From Alphaproteobacteria bacterium (lineage in GTDB: Bacteria > Pseudomonadota > Alphaproteobacteria > MPNO01), in the NCBI GenBank assembly GCA_965200535.1, contig CBDAUF010000001.1:1162102-1226101 (forward strand): a DNA stretch of 64,000 nucleotides. Direction: 5' to 3'. Below the pieces are notes generated by a model. The model saw only the letters and a program-made list of their open reading frames with translations, was not told the origin of the DNA and searched no databases. This document shows positions 18,359-29,099 of this stretch, piece after piece. Each line of letters starts with the position of its first letter. Position 1 is the stretch's first letter. The position numbers were made by a program, and so were the translations under genes.

Positions 18359-19648
18359 TCAGGTGCGCGACATCATGGCGAGCCAGGCCGCGTACTGGTT
18401 GCGCATCGCGACCTCGCTGGTGCCGATCGAACTCACCCGCCCGGTCTCGGGATCGGTGGTCTCCGCGCCGGCCCGGGCGAGCAGGATCCAGTCGTTGCCG
18501 GCGGTGGCGAGCCCTTCCTGCGCCCGGGCGAAGGCTTCGACGTCGTCGGTCTGGACCATCGAGGACGCCGAATGGGTGCCGTTGAGGATGCGGATCTGCT
18601 CGCGGAACATCTGTTCCGGGGCGCCCTTGAGGCGGATCGGATAGACGAAGATCTCGGTCAGATCGACGCTCACCGGGCGGATCACGCGGATGTGCGGGTT
18701 GAGTTCCTGCATCGCCATGTTGGGGTAGAAGATGACGTTGTGGCGGGTCTTGTCGAGGATCGCGCGGGTGCGCTCCGCCCCGTGGCGCGCCTCGAGCCGG
18801 GCGACATAGTCCCGCTGGAGGTCCGAATCGTTCTCGATGCGCGGCAGCCCGCCCTGCCACGAATGGCCGTTGGGCAGCGCCGAGACGCCGAGCGGGTCGA
18901 GGGATTTGGCGCGGCCCTTCTTCTCGAAGAACTGGATGCCGCCCTTGTCGCCCTTGCGCCGCACGAACTGCTGCCCCGACGGGCGCGACGACGATTCGTG
19001 GCTGTAGGCGGGGTGGTACATGTCGGACAGGTTGTCGACCTGGAACTTCCAGTTGCCGCGGTACATGTAGCGGTGGACGCCGCCCCGGATCTCGACCTCG
19101 CCGTCAGGGGCGCTGGCCGCCAGATCGTCGAGGCAGAGCACGTTGGCGCCGAGATAGTCGCGCAGGCCCGGCCCGCCAGGGGCCAGGCTGGCGAACACGA
19201 AACCGTGCACGCTGTCCACCCGGGCGACCCGCCCCATGCCGTCGCGCACCGTGTCCGGCCGGCGCCCCTCGGGATAGCCCTCGGGCTGGGTGACGAAATC
19301 GAGGTCGCCGTTGGTCAGGTAGGTCCAGCCGTGGTACATGCACATGAACCGCTTGGCGTTGCCCGCCTCCTCGGCGACCACCTTGACGCCGCGGTGGCCG
19401 CAGCGGTTGTACAGCACATGGACCTCGCCGTCGGTGTGGCGGGCCATCACTACCGGCTGGGCGCCGATCCGCGTGCACAGGAAGTCGCCCGGCTCCCGCA
19501 CCTGCGAGGCGTGGCCGACATAGACCCAGCAGCGGGCGAAGATGCGCTCCATCTCGAGCGCGAAGATCGCCGGGTCGCGGAACACGTCGCGGTGGACCCT
19601 GGTGCCGGTCACCAGGCGGGAGAGATCCCGCGCCTCGCCGTTCAGCAT
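18359..19648 (-). CDS. Rieske non-haem iron ring-hydroxylating oxygenase alpha subunit
   Basis: Rieske motif CGHRG…CMYHGW and a mononuclear-iron catalytic domain. 429 aa. Confidence 0.85.
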   Translation of the reverse strand: MLNGEARDLSRLVTGTRVHRDVFRDPAIFALEMERIFARCWVYVGHASQVREPGDFLCTRIGAQPVVMARHTDGEVHVLYNRCGHRGVKVVAEEAGNAKRFMCMYHGWTYLTNGDLDFVTQPEGYPEGRRPDTVRDGMGRVARVDSVHGFVFASLAPGGPGLRDYLGANVLCLDDLAASAPDGEVEIRGGVHRYMYRGNWKFQVDNLSDMYHPAYSHESSSRPSGQQFVRRKGDKGGIQFFEKKGRAKSLDPLGVSALPNGHSWQGGLPRIENDSDLQRDYVARLEARHGAERTRAILDKTRHNVIFYPNMAMQELNPHIRVIRPVSVDLTEIFVYPIRLKGAPEQMFREQIRILNGTHSASSMVQTDDVEAFARAQEGLATAGNDWILLARAGAETTDPETGRVSSIGTSEVAMRNQYAAWLAMMSRT

Positions 19649-19791
19649 GTCGTCCTCCCGGAGCCGCCGGCCGATCCCCGATCATGCGGTCCGGCGGGCC
19701 GCCGTTCAACCGGTCCGGGGAATTGGCGGCGCGGGCATCATCGACGGCTGACCCGCACCCGGCGAGGCGGTAGACTGGCGGCCGTCGGAAT

Positions 19792-19995
19792 TTGGGGACG
19801 ACTCCGCCCGTGGCACCTCCCGAACAACCCGCCGCGACCCTGCTGGACGGCCCGGTCGTCGCCGTCAATATCGGGCTCGCGGCGTTTGCGCAGACGCTGG
19901 AGCGGGAGGGGGTCGCCGCGGTCCAGGTGGACTGGACGCCGCCGGCCGGCGGCGACCGGCGGCTGATCCGCCTGCTCGACAGGCTCGGCGCGTGA
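19792..19995 (+). CDS. small ORF (67 aa) translationally coupled (ATGA) to allG/ylbE
   Basis: Ends …VQVDWTPPAGGDRRLIRLLDRLGA. No family recognised, so it could be spurious. Confidence 0.3.
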   Translation: MGTTPPVAPPEQPAATLLDGPVVAVNIGLAAFAQTLEREGVAAVQVDWTPPAGGDRRLIRLLDRLGA

Positions 19996-21260
19996 TGGCG
20001 GGCGACGCGGCCGGCCGGATCGAGGCGGCCAACGCCCGCGCGGTCGAGCGCATGCTGGCGGCCGATCCGGTGCTCGTCGATGTCGCCGTCGCCGGCGAGG
20101 CGATCGGCGGCCTCGGCGACCGCACGATCCTCCACGCCGGGCCGCCGATCGCCTGGGCCGACATGTGCGGCCCGCTCAGGGGCGCGATCGCCGGCGCCGT
20201 CGTCCTCGAGGGCTGGGCGGAGGATCTGGAGAGCGCGGCGGCGCTCGCCGCGGGCGGCGGCATCGCCTTCCACCCCAACCACGACTTCGACGCCGTCGGA
20301 CCGATGACCGGCGTGATCACCCCCTCCATGCCGGTGATGGCGGTGGAGAACCGCACCTTCGGCAACCGTTCCTGGTGCACCCTCAACGAAGGCCTCGGCA
20401 AGGTCATGCGCTTCGGCGGCAACGACGCCGGGGTGCTGGAGCGGCTGCGCTGGCTCGCCGATGCGCTGGGGCCGGCGCTCGGCGCCGCCCTGCGCGAGTC
20501 CGGCGGCGTCCCGCTCAAGGCGCTGGTCGCGCGCGGCCTGTCGATGGGCGACGAAATGCATCAGCGCAATGTCGGCTGCACCGGTCTCCTCTTGCGCGCG
20601 GTCGCGCCGGCCCTGGTCCGCGCGGTCGAGGACCGCGAGCGGCTGGCCGAGCTGTTCGCCTTCATCGGCGGCAACGACCAGTTCTTCCTCAACGTCGCGA
20701 TGGCGATGGGCAAGGCGATCATGGACCCGGTGCGCGGCATCGCCGGCGCCAGCGTGGTCACCGCGATGTGCCGCAACGGGACGGAGTTCGGCATCCGCGT
20801 CGGCGGCCTCGGCGACCGCTGGTTCACCGCCCCGGTCGAGATGCCGCGCGGGCTCTACTTCCCCGGCTTCTCGGAGGCCGACGCCAACCCCGACATGGGG
20901 GATTCGACGATCGTCGAGACCGTCGGGCTGGGCGGGTTTGCCATGGCCGCTTCGCCGGCGGTGGCGGGCTTCGTCGGCGCCGGCGCGGCGGCCGACGCGC
21001 TCGACTACACCCGCGCGATGGAGGAGATAACGCTCGCCCGCAACCCGGAATGGACGATCCCCGCGCTCGACTTCGCCGGGGTTCCGACCGGCATCGACAT
21101 CCGCAAGGTCGTCGCCAGCGGCCGCACGCCCACCATCAACACCGGGATCGCCCACCGCGAGGCCGGCGTCGGCCAGGTCGGCGCCGGCGTGGTGCGCGCG
21201 CCGATGGCCTGCTTCGAGCGCGCGCTGGAAGCCTTCGCGGCCGAAATGGGCGTCGCATGA
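19992..21260 (+). CDS. allG: DUF1116 protein, YlbE/AllG-like (oxamate carbamoyltransferase subunit)
   Basis: Collinear similarity to E. coli YlbE recalled from memory (ILHAGPP…NEGLGKVMRFG…NPDMGDS…INTGIAHREAGVGQVGAGVVRAP). Confidence 0.8.
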   Translation: MMAGDAAGRIEAANARAVERMLAADPVLVDVAVAGEAIGGLGDRTILHAGPPIAWADMCGPLRGAIAGAVVLEGWAEDLESAAALAAGGGIAFHPNHDFDAVGPMTGVITPSMPVMAVENRTFGNRSWCTLNEGLGKVMRFGGNDAGVLERLRWLADALGPALGAALRESGGVPLKALVARGLSMGDEMHQRNVGCTGLLLRAVAPALVRAVEDRERLAELFAFIGGNDQFFLNVAMAMGKAIMDPVRGIAGASVVTAMCRNGTEFGIRVGGLGDRWFTAPVEMPRGLYFPGFSEADANPDMGDSTIVETVGLGGFAMAASPAVAGFVGAGAAADALDYTRAMEEITLARNPEWTIPALDFAGVPTGIDIRKVVASGRTPTINTGIAHREAGVGQVGAGVVRAPMACFERALEAFAAEMGVA

Positions 21261-22759
21261 GCGCAGGCGTCGCCGCCGCCCGGATGCGCGCCGGCTTTTA
21301 CCTCGATTCGGTGGCCCTGATGCGGATTTCCCGCACCGTGGAGGCCCTGCCCGGGGTGTCCGCGGCCTCCCTGATGATGGGGAGCCCGTCCAACAAAGAG
21401 CTGCTGCGCGACGCCGGCCTGCTGGAAAATGACGACGACGCGGCCGGGCCGAACGATCTGGTGATCGCGGTGCGGGCGCGGGATGCGGACGCGCTGCGCG
21501 CCGCCTTCGATGCGGCGGACAGCGCGCTCGACGGCCCGGCGGCGCGGGGCGCGCCGGGCCGCGGACCGCGCTGGAACCCGCGTTCGCTGGAGACCGCGCT
21601 GCGGACGAGGCCCGACGCCAACCTCGCCATCGTCTCGGTGCCGGGCGAATTCGCCGCGCGCGAGGCCCGCCGGGCGCTGGAGCGGGGCCTCAACGTGCTG
21701 CTGTTCTCCGACAATGTGGACATCGCCGACGAGGTCGCGCTCAAGACCTACGCCCGCGAACGCGGCCTGCTGATGATGGGGCCGGATTGCGGGACCGCGC
21801 TGGTCGCCGGCGCGCCCCTCGGTTTTGCCAACGCGGTGCCGCGCGGCGGCGTCGGTCTGGTCGCGGCCTCGGGCACCGGGCTGCAGGAGGTCGCCTGCCT
21901 GGTGGCGCGGGCCGGCGGCGGCATCAGCCACGGGATCGGCGTCGGCGGGCGCGATCTGGGCGCCGCGGTGGGCGGCGCGATGACCCTGGCGGCGATCGAT
22001 GCGCTCGACCGCGACGCGGCGACGGCGCGCATCGTCCTGATCTCGAAGCCGCCCGACCCCGGCGTCGCCGGGCGGATCGCCGACCGCATCGCGCGCAGCG
22101 CGAAGCGCTTCACCCTCTGCTTCATCGGCATGGACGCCATCGCCCTGCCGCAAAACGCGCGCCAGACGGCGACGCTCCGCGCCGCGGCGGACGATGCGCT
22201 GCCGGGCGCCGGCGCCCGCGAACCGCCGGCGACGCTGGACGAGGCGCGGGCGCGGGTCTCCCGCAGGGGCGGCGTCCGCGGCCTGTTCAGCGGCGGTTCG
22301 CTGTGCGGCGAGGCCCAGGCGGTGCTGACGGCGGCCGGACTCGCGGTGTCGTCCAACGCGCCGATACCGGGGGCCGCGGCGGCCGGCGGCGATGCCGGGG
22401 GCCACCTGCTGATCGATCTCGGCGCCGACGAATACACGCGCGGCCGGCCCCACCCGATGATCGAACCCGGGATTCGCGACGCGCCGCTCCGGGCCGCGCT
22501 GGCCGATCCGGATGTCGGGATCGTCCTTCTCGATGTCGTGCTCGGCCACGGCGCGCATGCCGACCCGGCCGGCGCGCTCGCCGCCGCCCTGGCCGCGCAC
22601 GAGGGCGGCCGCCCGGTGGTCATCGCCTCGGTCTGCGGCACCGACGCCGACCCGCAGGATCGCTCCGCTCAGGTCCAGGCGCTGCGCGATTCCGGCGTGG
22701 TGGTGGCGGAGTCGGCGGCCGGCGCGGCGGAAACCGCGGCGGCGCTCCTCGCCGGCTGA
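21257..22759 (+). CDS. fdrA: FdrA-family protein (succinyl-CoA synthetase alpha-like; AllF-like)
   Basis: MSAGVAAARMRAGFYLDSVALMR N-terminus, CoA-binding/ligase-like domains, and an ATGA overlap with allG. Confidence 0.8.
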   Translation: MSAGVAAARMRAGFYLDSVALMRISRTVEALPGVSAASLMMGSPSNKELLRDAGLLENDDDAAGPNDLVIAVRARDADALRAAFDAADSALDGPAARGAPGRGPRWNPRSLETALRTRPDANLAIVSVPGEFAAREARRALERGLNVLLFSDNVDIADEVALKTYARERGLLMMGPDCGTALVAGAPLGFANAVPRGGVGLVAASGTGLQEVACLVARAGGGISHGIGVGGRDLGAAVGGAMTLAAIDALDRDAATARIVLISKPPDPGVAGRIADRIARSAKRFTLCFIGMDAIALPQNARQTATLRAAADDALPGAGAREPPATLDEARARVSRRGGVRGLFSGGSLCGEAQAVLTAAGLAVSSNAPIPGAAAAGGDAGGHLLIDLGADEYTRGRPHPMIEPGIRDAPLRAALADPDVGIVLLDVVLGHGAHADPAGALAAALAAHEGGRPVVIASVCGTDADPQDRSAQVQALRDSGVVVAESAAGAAETAAALLAG

Positions 22760-23682
22760 GCGGCGAGCCGCCGCTCGATCCCTGCCAGGCTGGAGACCGC
22801 GCCGGCCAGCGCGTCCCAACCCGACGAGTGACCGATCGACTCCAGGCCCCGGAGCGCGTCGGCCAGCGCGGCGCCGCCGCCGCGGGCGAGCGCGTCGATC
22901 GCCCGATGGAGGGCATCGGCGCCGAGACCGTCCGCCGCCGCCCAGAGATGCGCGGCGCTGATCCGGTTGGTCGCATGCGCCGCCGCGGACAGCACCGGCC
23001 CGGCCAGCGCGGCGGCGGCCCCGGCGCGGCCCGACATCGAGAGCGCGATCGCCATCCCGCCCAGGAAATCGTCGCCCGAGGGGGTGAGGCCGGGGCCGAG
23101 GCCGACCAGCGCCTCCACGGCATCTTGCGGCGGGGCCCCGGCTGCCGCCGCCAGCCAGCTCTCGAGCGCCGCAACCGCCGGCCCGGCGCGGCGGACGGTC
23201 GGTGAAGCCGGCGGGGGTGCACGCCGCGCCGGATCGGCGAACGGCGCCAGCCCCTCCCCCAGATCGAACGGCGCGAGCGCCGCCGACAAGTGTGCGAACG
23301 CGGCGGCGAGGCCGGCCCGGTCCCAGGCGAGGGGGCCGCGCGGCGGATCGTGGAGGCGAGCGCCGGAATAGGCGAGCGCCCCGGCCGCGCCTATGGCGAT
23401 TCCGCCGCCTTGCGGGATCGCGGGATCGCCCGGTGCCAGCCCCGCATCCTGCCAGTCGGGCAGGCCGCGGTCCGATGCCGGCGCCGCGAGCGCGTTGAGC
23501 GGCCCGGCGCCGAGGCTCGACGGGCCGACGCAGACGATCTCCCCCGAGCGGTCGTGGCAGAGATAGACGGTGCGGCGGAAGACCGCGAGGACCGACCCGC
23601 CGTCGGCGGCCAGGGCGTGCAGACAGGCCGCCGCGCGGCGCCCGGCGAGGGCGATGCGGAGCGCCGCCCGCCGGTCAGCCAT
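22669..23682 (-). CDS. DUF2877 protein, YlbF/AllH-like
   Basis: TPSGDDFLGGM motif. ATGA-coupled to the carbamate kinase upstream. Its 3' end overlaps the fdrA 3' end by ~90 nt. Confidence 0.7.
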   Translation of the reverse strand: MADRRAALRIALAGRRAAACLHALAADGGSVLAVFRRTVYLCHDRSGEIVCVGPSSLGAGPLNALAAPASDRGLPDWQDAGLAPGDPAIPQGGGIAIGAAGALAYSGARLHDPPRGPLAWDRAGLAAAFAHLSAALAPFDLGEGLAPFADPARRAPPPASPTVRRAGPAVAALESWLAAAAGAPPQDAVEALVGLGPGLTPSGDDFLGGMAIALSMSGRAGAAAALAGPVLSAAAHATNRISAAHLWAAADGLGADALHRAIDALARGGGAALADALRGLESIGHSSGWDALAGAVSSLAGIERRLAAQPARSAAAVSAAPAADSATTTPESRSAWT

Positions 23683-24637
23683 CGCGCACGATGTGGGTCC
23701 CGGTCGTGCCGTCCAGCGCCTCGGCCGCCCGCTCCAGCGGCCCGATGACGACCCGCCGGCCGCCGCGCTCGATGAAATCGACCGCCGCGTCGATCTTGGG
23801 CCCCATACTGCCCGCCGGGAACTGCCCGTCGCCGCGGTGGCGCAGGATCTCGGCGAGCGTAACGGTCTCGAGGCCGCGCTGCGCCGGGGTGCCGAAATCG
23901 ACCGCGACCCTGTCGACGCCGGTCAGGATCATGATCGTGTCGATGCCGAGCGCGCGGGCCATCAGCGCCGATGTCAGGTCCTTGTCGATGACCGCCTCGA
24001 TCCCGGTGCGGGTGCCGTCGGGGCGGCGCACCACCGGGATGCCGCCGCCGCCGCCGGCGATCACCACCGCGCCGCGGGCGGCGATGTCGCGGACCAGCGC
24101 AAGATCGGCGACGTGCCGCGGTCTGGGCGAGGGCACCACGTGGCGCCAGCCGCGCCCCGAATCCTCGCGCATTTCCCAGCCGGTCTCGCGGGCGAGCGCC
24201 CGGGCTTCCTCCTCGGAGTAGAAATAGCCGATCGGCTTGGTCGGATTGCCGAAGGCGGGGTCGCCGGGGTCGACCTCGACCTGGGTGAGGAGGCAGACCA
24301 CGTTGCGCGGGTCGCCTTGGGCGCGCAGCGCATTCTCGAGAGCCTGCATCAGGAGATAGGCGACGCCCCCCTGGCTGTGGGCGACGCAGATGTCGAGCGA
24401 CATCGGGGCGACCCGGCTGCGGGCGATGGCCTGGCGCATCAGGATCTTGCCGACCACCGGGCCGTTGCCGTGGGTCAGCACCAACTGGTTACCGAGGCGC
24501 GCCAGGGGCAGCAGCGACTCCGCCGTCTTCTCCGCGTAGGCGCGCTGTTCGGCGACGGTCCCGGCGATGGTTTCCGGGTGGACAGCGTTGCCGCCGATGG
24601 CGACCAGGAGGCGGTCGGGAATCGGAAACCGTGCCAA
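23675..24637 (-). CDS. arcC: carbamate kinase
   Basis: MARFPIPDRLLVAIGGNAV…HGNGP… amino-acid kinase fold, 320 aa. Confidence 0.85.
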   Translation of the reverse strand: MARFPIPDRLLVAIGGNAVHPETIAGTVAEQRAYAEKTAESLLPLARLGNQLVLTHGNGPVVGKILMRQAIARSRVAPMSLDICVAHSQGGVAYLLMQALENALRAQGDPRNVVCLLTQVEVDPGDPAFGNPTKPIGYFYSEEEARALARETGWEMREDSGRGWRHVVPSPRPRHVADLALVRDIAARGAVVIAGGGGGIPVVRRPDGTRTGIEAVIDKDLTSALMARALGIDTIMILTGVDRVAVDFGTPAQRGLETVTLAEILRHRGDGQFPAGSMGPKIDAAVDFIERGGRRVVIGPLERAAEALDGTTGTHIVRDG

Positions 24638-24822
24638 GACGACTCGCTCCGTGGCGTTGTCGGGCCGTTGCGGTATCGGGGGCGGCCCCGCACCGCTACT
24701 TTGCGGTCCGCGACCGTGTCGCGCAATCGCCGCGGTGCGGGGCGTTGTGGCGCGGGGCGAATTGAGCTATCGCCCCCCGCGAAAGCGGCCCGAGGGGCCG
24801 GTGCCCGGGAGTGTGCAAGCGC

Positions 24823-26067
24823 ATGTCCAGCCTGTTCGAAGATCTCAACCCTCCGCCGCGCCTGCTGATGGGCCCCGGGCCGATCAATGTCGATCCGCGT
24901 GTCCTGCGGGCGATGTCGATGCCCATGCTGGGCCAGTTCGATCCGGTCTTCACCGGCTATATGAACGAGGTCATGGCGCTGTCGCGCCAGGTCTGGAACA
25001 CCGCGAACCACTGGTCCCTGCTGGTCGACGGGACGGCGCGCGCGGCGATCGAGGCGGTCCTGGTGTCCGTCATCGAGCCGGGCGACCGGGTCCTCGTCCC
25101 CGTCTCCGGACGGTTCGGGCAACTCCTCTGCGAGATCGCCGGACGGGCCGGGGCGGACGTGCGCACCATCGAGACCGAATGGGGCTCGGTCTTCGCGCCC
25201 GAACAGGTGGAGGAGGCGCTGCGGCGGGACTCGCCCCGGCTGGTGGCAGCGGTCCACGGCGACACCTCGACGACCATGGCCCAGCCGCTGGCGGAGATCG
25301 GCCCGCTTTGCCGGCGCTACGGCGCGCTCCTGTTCGTCGATGCGACGGCGACGCTGGGCGGGATGAGCCTGCCGGTCGATGAGTGGCAGATCGACGCCGC
25401 CGCGGCGGGGCTGCAGAAATGTCTGTCCGGACCGTCGGGTTCGGCGCCGATCACCTTCAACGAGCGCGTGGTCGAGAGGCTCCGCCCGAGACGCCATATC
25501 GAGCAGGGCATCCGCCCCGAAGGCTTCGCGGCCGGCGAGGGCGCGCAGATCAGGTCCAACTATTTCGACCTGCCCATGCTGATGGACTACTGGAGCGAGA
25601 TGCGCCTCAACCACCACACCGAGGCGACATCGATGCTCTATGCCGCCCGCGAGTGTTTCCGCATCGCCCTCCGGGAAGGGCTCGAGGCGCGGTTCGCCCG
25701 CCACGCGCTGGTCGGGCGGGCGCTGGTGGCCGGTCTGCGGGCGATGGGCCTCGCCATCTTCGGCGACATCGCCAACAAGATGCCCAATGTCACCGGCATC
25801 GAGATCCCCGGCGGCGTCGACGGCGACCGGGTGATCCGCGGCATGCTGGAGGACTTCAGCATCGAGATCGGCACCTCGTTCGGCCCGCTGCGCGGCCGCA
25901 TCTGGCGCATCGGCACGATGGCGTACAACTGCCGCAAGGACGCCGTTCTCACCACGCTTGCGGCGCTCGAAGCAACGCTGCGCCAGTGCGGCTATTCCGC
26001 GCCGCCGGGCGCCGGCGTCGATGCCGCGCTCGCGGTCTTTCGCGCGTCCGGGGACGAGGCGGGCTAG
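24823..26067 (+). CDS. class V aminotransferase (alanine/serine--glyoxylate or ureidoglycine--glyoxylate type)
   Basis: AGXT-family length and motifs. ATG at 24823 with GGGAG 12 nt upstream; the track ORF starts at GTG 24811. Confidence 0.8.
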   Translation: MSSLFEDLNPPPRLLMGPGPINVDPRVLRAMSMPMLGQFDPVFTGYMNEVMALSRQVWNTANHWSLLVDGTARAAIEAVLVSVIEPGDRVLVPVSGRFGQLLCEIAGRAGADVRTIETEWGSVFAPEQVEEALRRDSPRLVAAVHGDTSTTMAQPLAEIGPLCRRYGALLFVDATATLGGMSLPVDEWQIDAAAAGLQKCLSGPSGSAPITFNERVVERLRPRRHIEQGIRPEGFAAGEGAQIRSNYFDLPMLMDYWSEMRLNHHTEATSMLYAARECFRIALREGLEARFARHALVGRALVAGLRAMGLAIFGDIANKMPNVTGIEIPGGVDGDRVIRGMLEDFSIEIGTSFGPLRGRIWRIGTMAYNCRKDAVLTTLAALEATLRQCGYSAPPGAGVDAALAVFRASGDEAG

Positions 26068-26071
26068 CGGT

Positions 26072-26779
26072 TTGCGCCGGTTCTACCGCGCGGCTGCGCC
26101 GGGGCCGGCGGAGGGCGGGTTCGGCCTGTTTCTCGACGCCCGCCCGGTGCTGACGCCCGGCAAGCGGAAACTGGTCCTGCCGACCGCCGGGCTGGCGCGC
26201 GCCGTCGCCGGGGAATGGACCGACCAGGGAGACACGGTCGAGCCGGGCTCGATGCCGCTCGCCCGGCTCGCCAATACCGCCATCGATATCGTGCACGGCC
26301 GGCGGGACCATGCCGTCGCCGAGATCGCGGGTTACGCGGAGACCGACCTCGTATGCTACCGCGCGCTGCGGCCGGCGGCCCTGCGGCGGCGGCAGGAGGA
26401 GGTCTGGGACCCGCTGCTCGACTGGATCGCCGGCGAGTACGGCGCCCGCCTCCGGGTGACCGCCGGGCTGGTTCCGGCGCCGCAGCCGCGCGAAGCCGTC
26501 GATGCCCTGCGCGCCCAGGTCGCGGCGTTCGACGATTTCGCGCTCGCCGCGGTCCAGAGCGCCGCCGGGGCGGCGGGCTCGATCGTGCTGGCCCTCGCCA
26601 TGGCCGCCGGCCGGATCGACGCCGAGCAAACCTGGGCCGCATCGCTGATCGACGAGACCTACCAGTCCGGCCGCTGGGGGCGGGACGGCGAAGCCTGGCA
26701 GGCGCGGGAAGGCACGCGCCGCGAACTCGCCGCCGCGGCGCGTTTCATCGCGCTCAGCCGCCCCGACGGAGAGGCGTGA
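26072..26779 (+). CDS. ATP12-family F1-ATPase assembly chaperone
   Basis: RFYRAA…[35 protein letters not shown] pattern. Putative TTG start at 26072 just after the aminotransferase stop. Confidence 0.65.
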   Translation: MRRFYRAAAPGPAEGGFGLFLDARPVLTPGKRKLVLPTAGLARAVAGEWTDQGDTVEPGSMPLARLANTAIDIVHGRRDHAVAEIAGYAETDLVCYRALRPAALRRRQEEVWDPLLDWIAGEYGARLRVTAGLVPAPQPREAVDALRAQVAAFDDFALAAVQSAAGAAGSIVLALAMAAGRIDAEQTWAASLIDETYQSGRWGRDGEAWQAREGTRRELAAAARFIALSRPDGEA

Positions 26780-27416
26780 CACCGTCGTCCGGCGCCCGCC
26801 CGAAGACCGCCGGAAAATGCTGCGCAAGGGCCGCGTCCACCTCCGCCATCGACGCCGGCACGCCGAGGTCGGCGAGCGAGGTCACCCCGTAGCCGCGGAT
26901 GCCGCACGGCACGATCCCGTCATAGTGCGAGAGGTCGGGCGCGACGTTGAGCGACAGCCCGTGATAGCTGATCCAGTGGCGCAGGCGAATCCCGACCGCG
27001 GCGATCTTGGCCTCTCCGCCCGGGCGTTCGACCCAGATACCGATGCGGCCCGCCCGGCGTTCGCCGCGCACGCCGAACTCCGCCAGAGCCGCGATGAGCC
27101 ATGCCTCGATGGACCGCACGAGGCGGCGGACATCGCGCCCCCGCCGCGTCAGGTCGAGCATCAGGTAGACCACCCGCTGGCCCGGCCCGTGATAGGTGAA
27201 CTCGCCGCCGCGCCCGCTGGCGTGCACCGGGAAACGGCCGGGCGCCAGCAGGTCGCCGGCCCGCGCCGAGGTGCCGGCGGTATAGAGCGGCGGATGCTCG
27301 ACCAGCCAGGCGAGTTCGCCGGCCGCTCCGGCGCGGATTGCCGCGACGCGCCGCTCCATCCGGCGCACCCCGGCGTCGTAGGGCAGCAGTCCCGGCTCGA
27401 CCACCCATTCGATCAT
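26754..27416 (-). CDS. lipB: octanoyltransferase LipB
   Basis: [14 protein letters not shown]…[12 protein letters not shown]…AAVGIRL…NGIVPCGI motifs. ATG at 27416. Confidence 0.85.
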   Translation of the reverse strand: MIEWVVEPGLLPYDAGVRRMERRVAAIRAGAAGELAWLVEHPPLYTAGTSARAGDLLAPGRFPVHASGRGGEFTYHGPGQRVVYLMLDLTRRGRDVRRLVRSIEAWLIAALAEFGVRGERRAGRIGIWVERPGGEAKIAAVGIRLRHWISYHGLSLNVAPDLSHYDGIVPCGIRGYGVTSLADLGVPASMAEVDAALAQHFPAVFGRAPDDGVTPLRRGG

Positions 27417-27521
27417 CGTCGGCGACCCCGCTGCGCGGCACGAGCCTTGCGGCCGCCGGCGCATTTTGTTATGCCCGCGTCCGGTAATCTGGCGGATGCC
27501 GGCGTTGAGTCCAACCACCTT

Positions 27522-27608
27522 GCGGTCGTGGCGGAATTGGTAGACGCGCAGCGTTGAGGTCGCTGTGGGAGCGATCCCGTGGAAGTTCGAGTCTTCTCGA
27601 CCGCACCA
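27522..27608 (+). tRNA. tRNA-Leu (anticodon GAG), type II with long variable arm, CCA encoded
   Basis: Cloverleaf folded by hand. 7-bp acceptor stem GCGGTCG/CGACCGC, anticodon loop TTGAGGT, T-loop GTTCGAGTC, 3' ACCA. Confidence 0.85.
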
Positions 27609-27679
27609 CTTTCTGGGGCCCGCCCATCCGATGGGCGGGCCCGTTCCGCTTCCGGAGCCCGGTCCGTTCGGAGGCTGCC

Positions 27680-29077
27680 GTGATCCAGACCCCGGACAGT
27701 GCGGCGCGCGACGGCGACGGGGCGGTGCTCGGCGAGATGGTCGGGCTCGAGCCCGCGGTCGCGCGCACGGCGATCGACGCGCTCGACGCCAACCGGATCG
27801 AGAGGGCGGCCGAACTCGTCAAGGCGCTCCATTTCGCCGAGGTCGCCGATCTCCTCGAACAGCTCAGCCCCGACCATCGCGCCGAGATGGTCGATATCCT
27901 CGCACCGGCATTTCCGCCGGAAATCCTGCCGGAACTGGACGACACCGTCCGCGGCGAGGTCGCGGAACGCCTCGGCACCGGGCGCCTGGCCGCGGCGATC
28001 GCGGGGCTCGAATCGGACGATGCGCTGCTCCTGATCGCCGGGCTCCAGGAGGAGCAGCAGCGCCGGGTCATGCAGGCGATCCCGGCGGCGCTGCGCGGCG
28101 CCCTCGAACAGGGGCTCGCCTATCCCGAGGACAGCGCCGGCCGCCTGATGCAGCGCGACCTGGTCGCGGTGCCGACCTTCTGGACGGTCGGCGAGACCAT
28201 CGACTTTCTGCGCGAGGCGGACGATCTGCCGAGCGACTTCTACGACATCTTCGTGGTCGATCCCGCCCACCGCCCGGTCGGCATCGTCGGTCTGAGCCAC
28301 ATCCTGCGGTCCCGCCGCCCGGTGCCGATGAAAGATCTGTCGCGCCGCGAGGCGGTGACCGTGCCCATCGGCATGGACCAGGAGGAGGTCGCCTATGTCT
28401 TCGCGCAGAAAAACCTGGTCTCCGCCCCCGTGGTCGATGCCGGCGGCCGGCTGGTCGGGACGATCACGGTGGACGACATCGTCGACGTCATCCACGAAGA
28501 GGCGGAAGAGGACCTGATGCGGCTCGGCGGCGTCGCCGGGACCGACATCTTCGAGGCGGTCATCGATACGGGAAAGGCGCGGTTCTCCTGGCTTTTCGTC
28601 AACCTGTTGACGGCGATCCTCGCCTCCGTGGTGATCGGACTGTTCGAGGCGACGATCGAGCAGATCGTCATTCTCGCGGTGCTGATGCCGATCGCCGCCT
28701 CCATGGGCGGCAACGCCGGCACCCAGTCGCTGACGGTGGCGGTGCGTGCGATCGCCATGCGCGACCTGACCTCGGCCAACGCGCTGCGCGTGCTGTCGAA
28801 GGAGGGTCTGGTCGGCCTTCTGAACGGGCTCCTGTTTGCGGTCATCGTCGGCCTCGTCGCCTGGGGATGGTCGGGCGAGGTCTCCATCGGTCTGGTCATG
28901 GCGGCAGCCATGACGGTCACCATGCTCGTCGCCGGGCTCGCCGGCACGGCGATCCCGTTCTGCCTGTCGCGCACCGCCATCGATCCGGCCGTGGCCTCGG
29001 GCGTGCTCCTGACCACGATCACCGACGCGATCGCCTTTCTCGCCTTTCTCGGCCTCGCGGCGTGGTGGCTGATCTGA
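27680..29077 (+). CDS. mgtE: magnesium transporter MgtE
   Basis: MgtE N-domain, tandem CBS and a C-terminal TM domain. GTG at 27680 with GGAGG 5 nt upstream; the track ORF start would overlap the tRNA. Confidence 0.85.
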   Translation: MIQTPDSAARDGDGAVLGEMVGLEPAVARTAIDALDANRIERAAELVKALHFAEVADLLEQLSPDHRAEMVDILAPAFPPEILPELDDTVRGEVAERLGTGRLAAAIAGLESDDALLLIAGLQEEQQRRVMQAIPAALRGALEQGLAYPEDSAGRLMQRDLVAVPTFWTVGETIDFLREADDLPSDFYDIFVVDPAHRPVGIVGLSHILRSRRPVPMKDLSRREAVTVPIGMDQEEVAYVFAQKNLVSAPVVDAGGRLVGTITVDDIVDVIHEEAEEDLMRLGGVAGTDIFEAVIDTGKARFSWLFVNLLTAILASVVIGLFEATIEQIVILAVLMPIAASMGGNAGTQSLTVAVRAIAMRDLTSANALRVLSKEGLVGLLNGLLFAVIVGLVAWGWSGEVSIGLVMAAAMTVTMLVAGLAGTAIPFCLSRTAIDPAVASGVLLTTITDAIAFLAFLGLAAWWLI

Positions 29078-29099
29078 CGTCCGGGGCGGACTATCGGGG

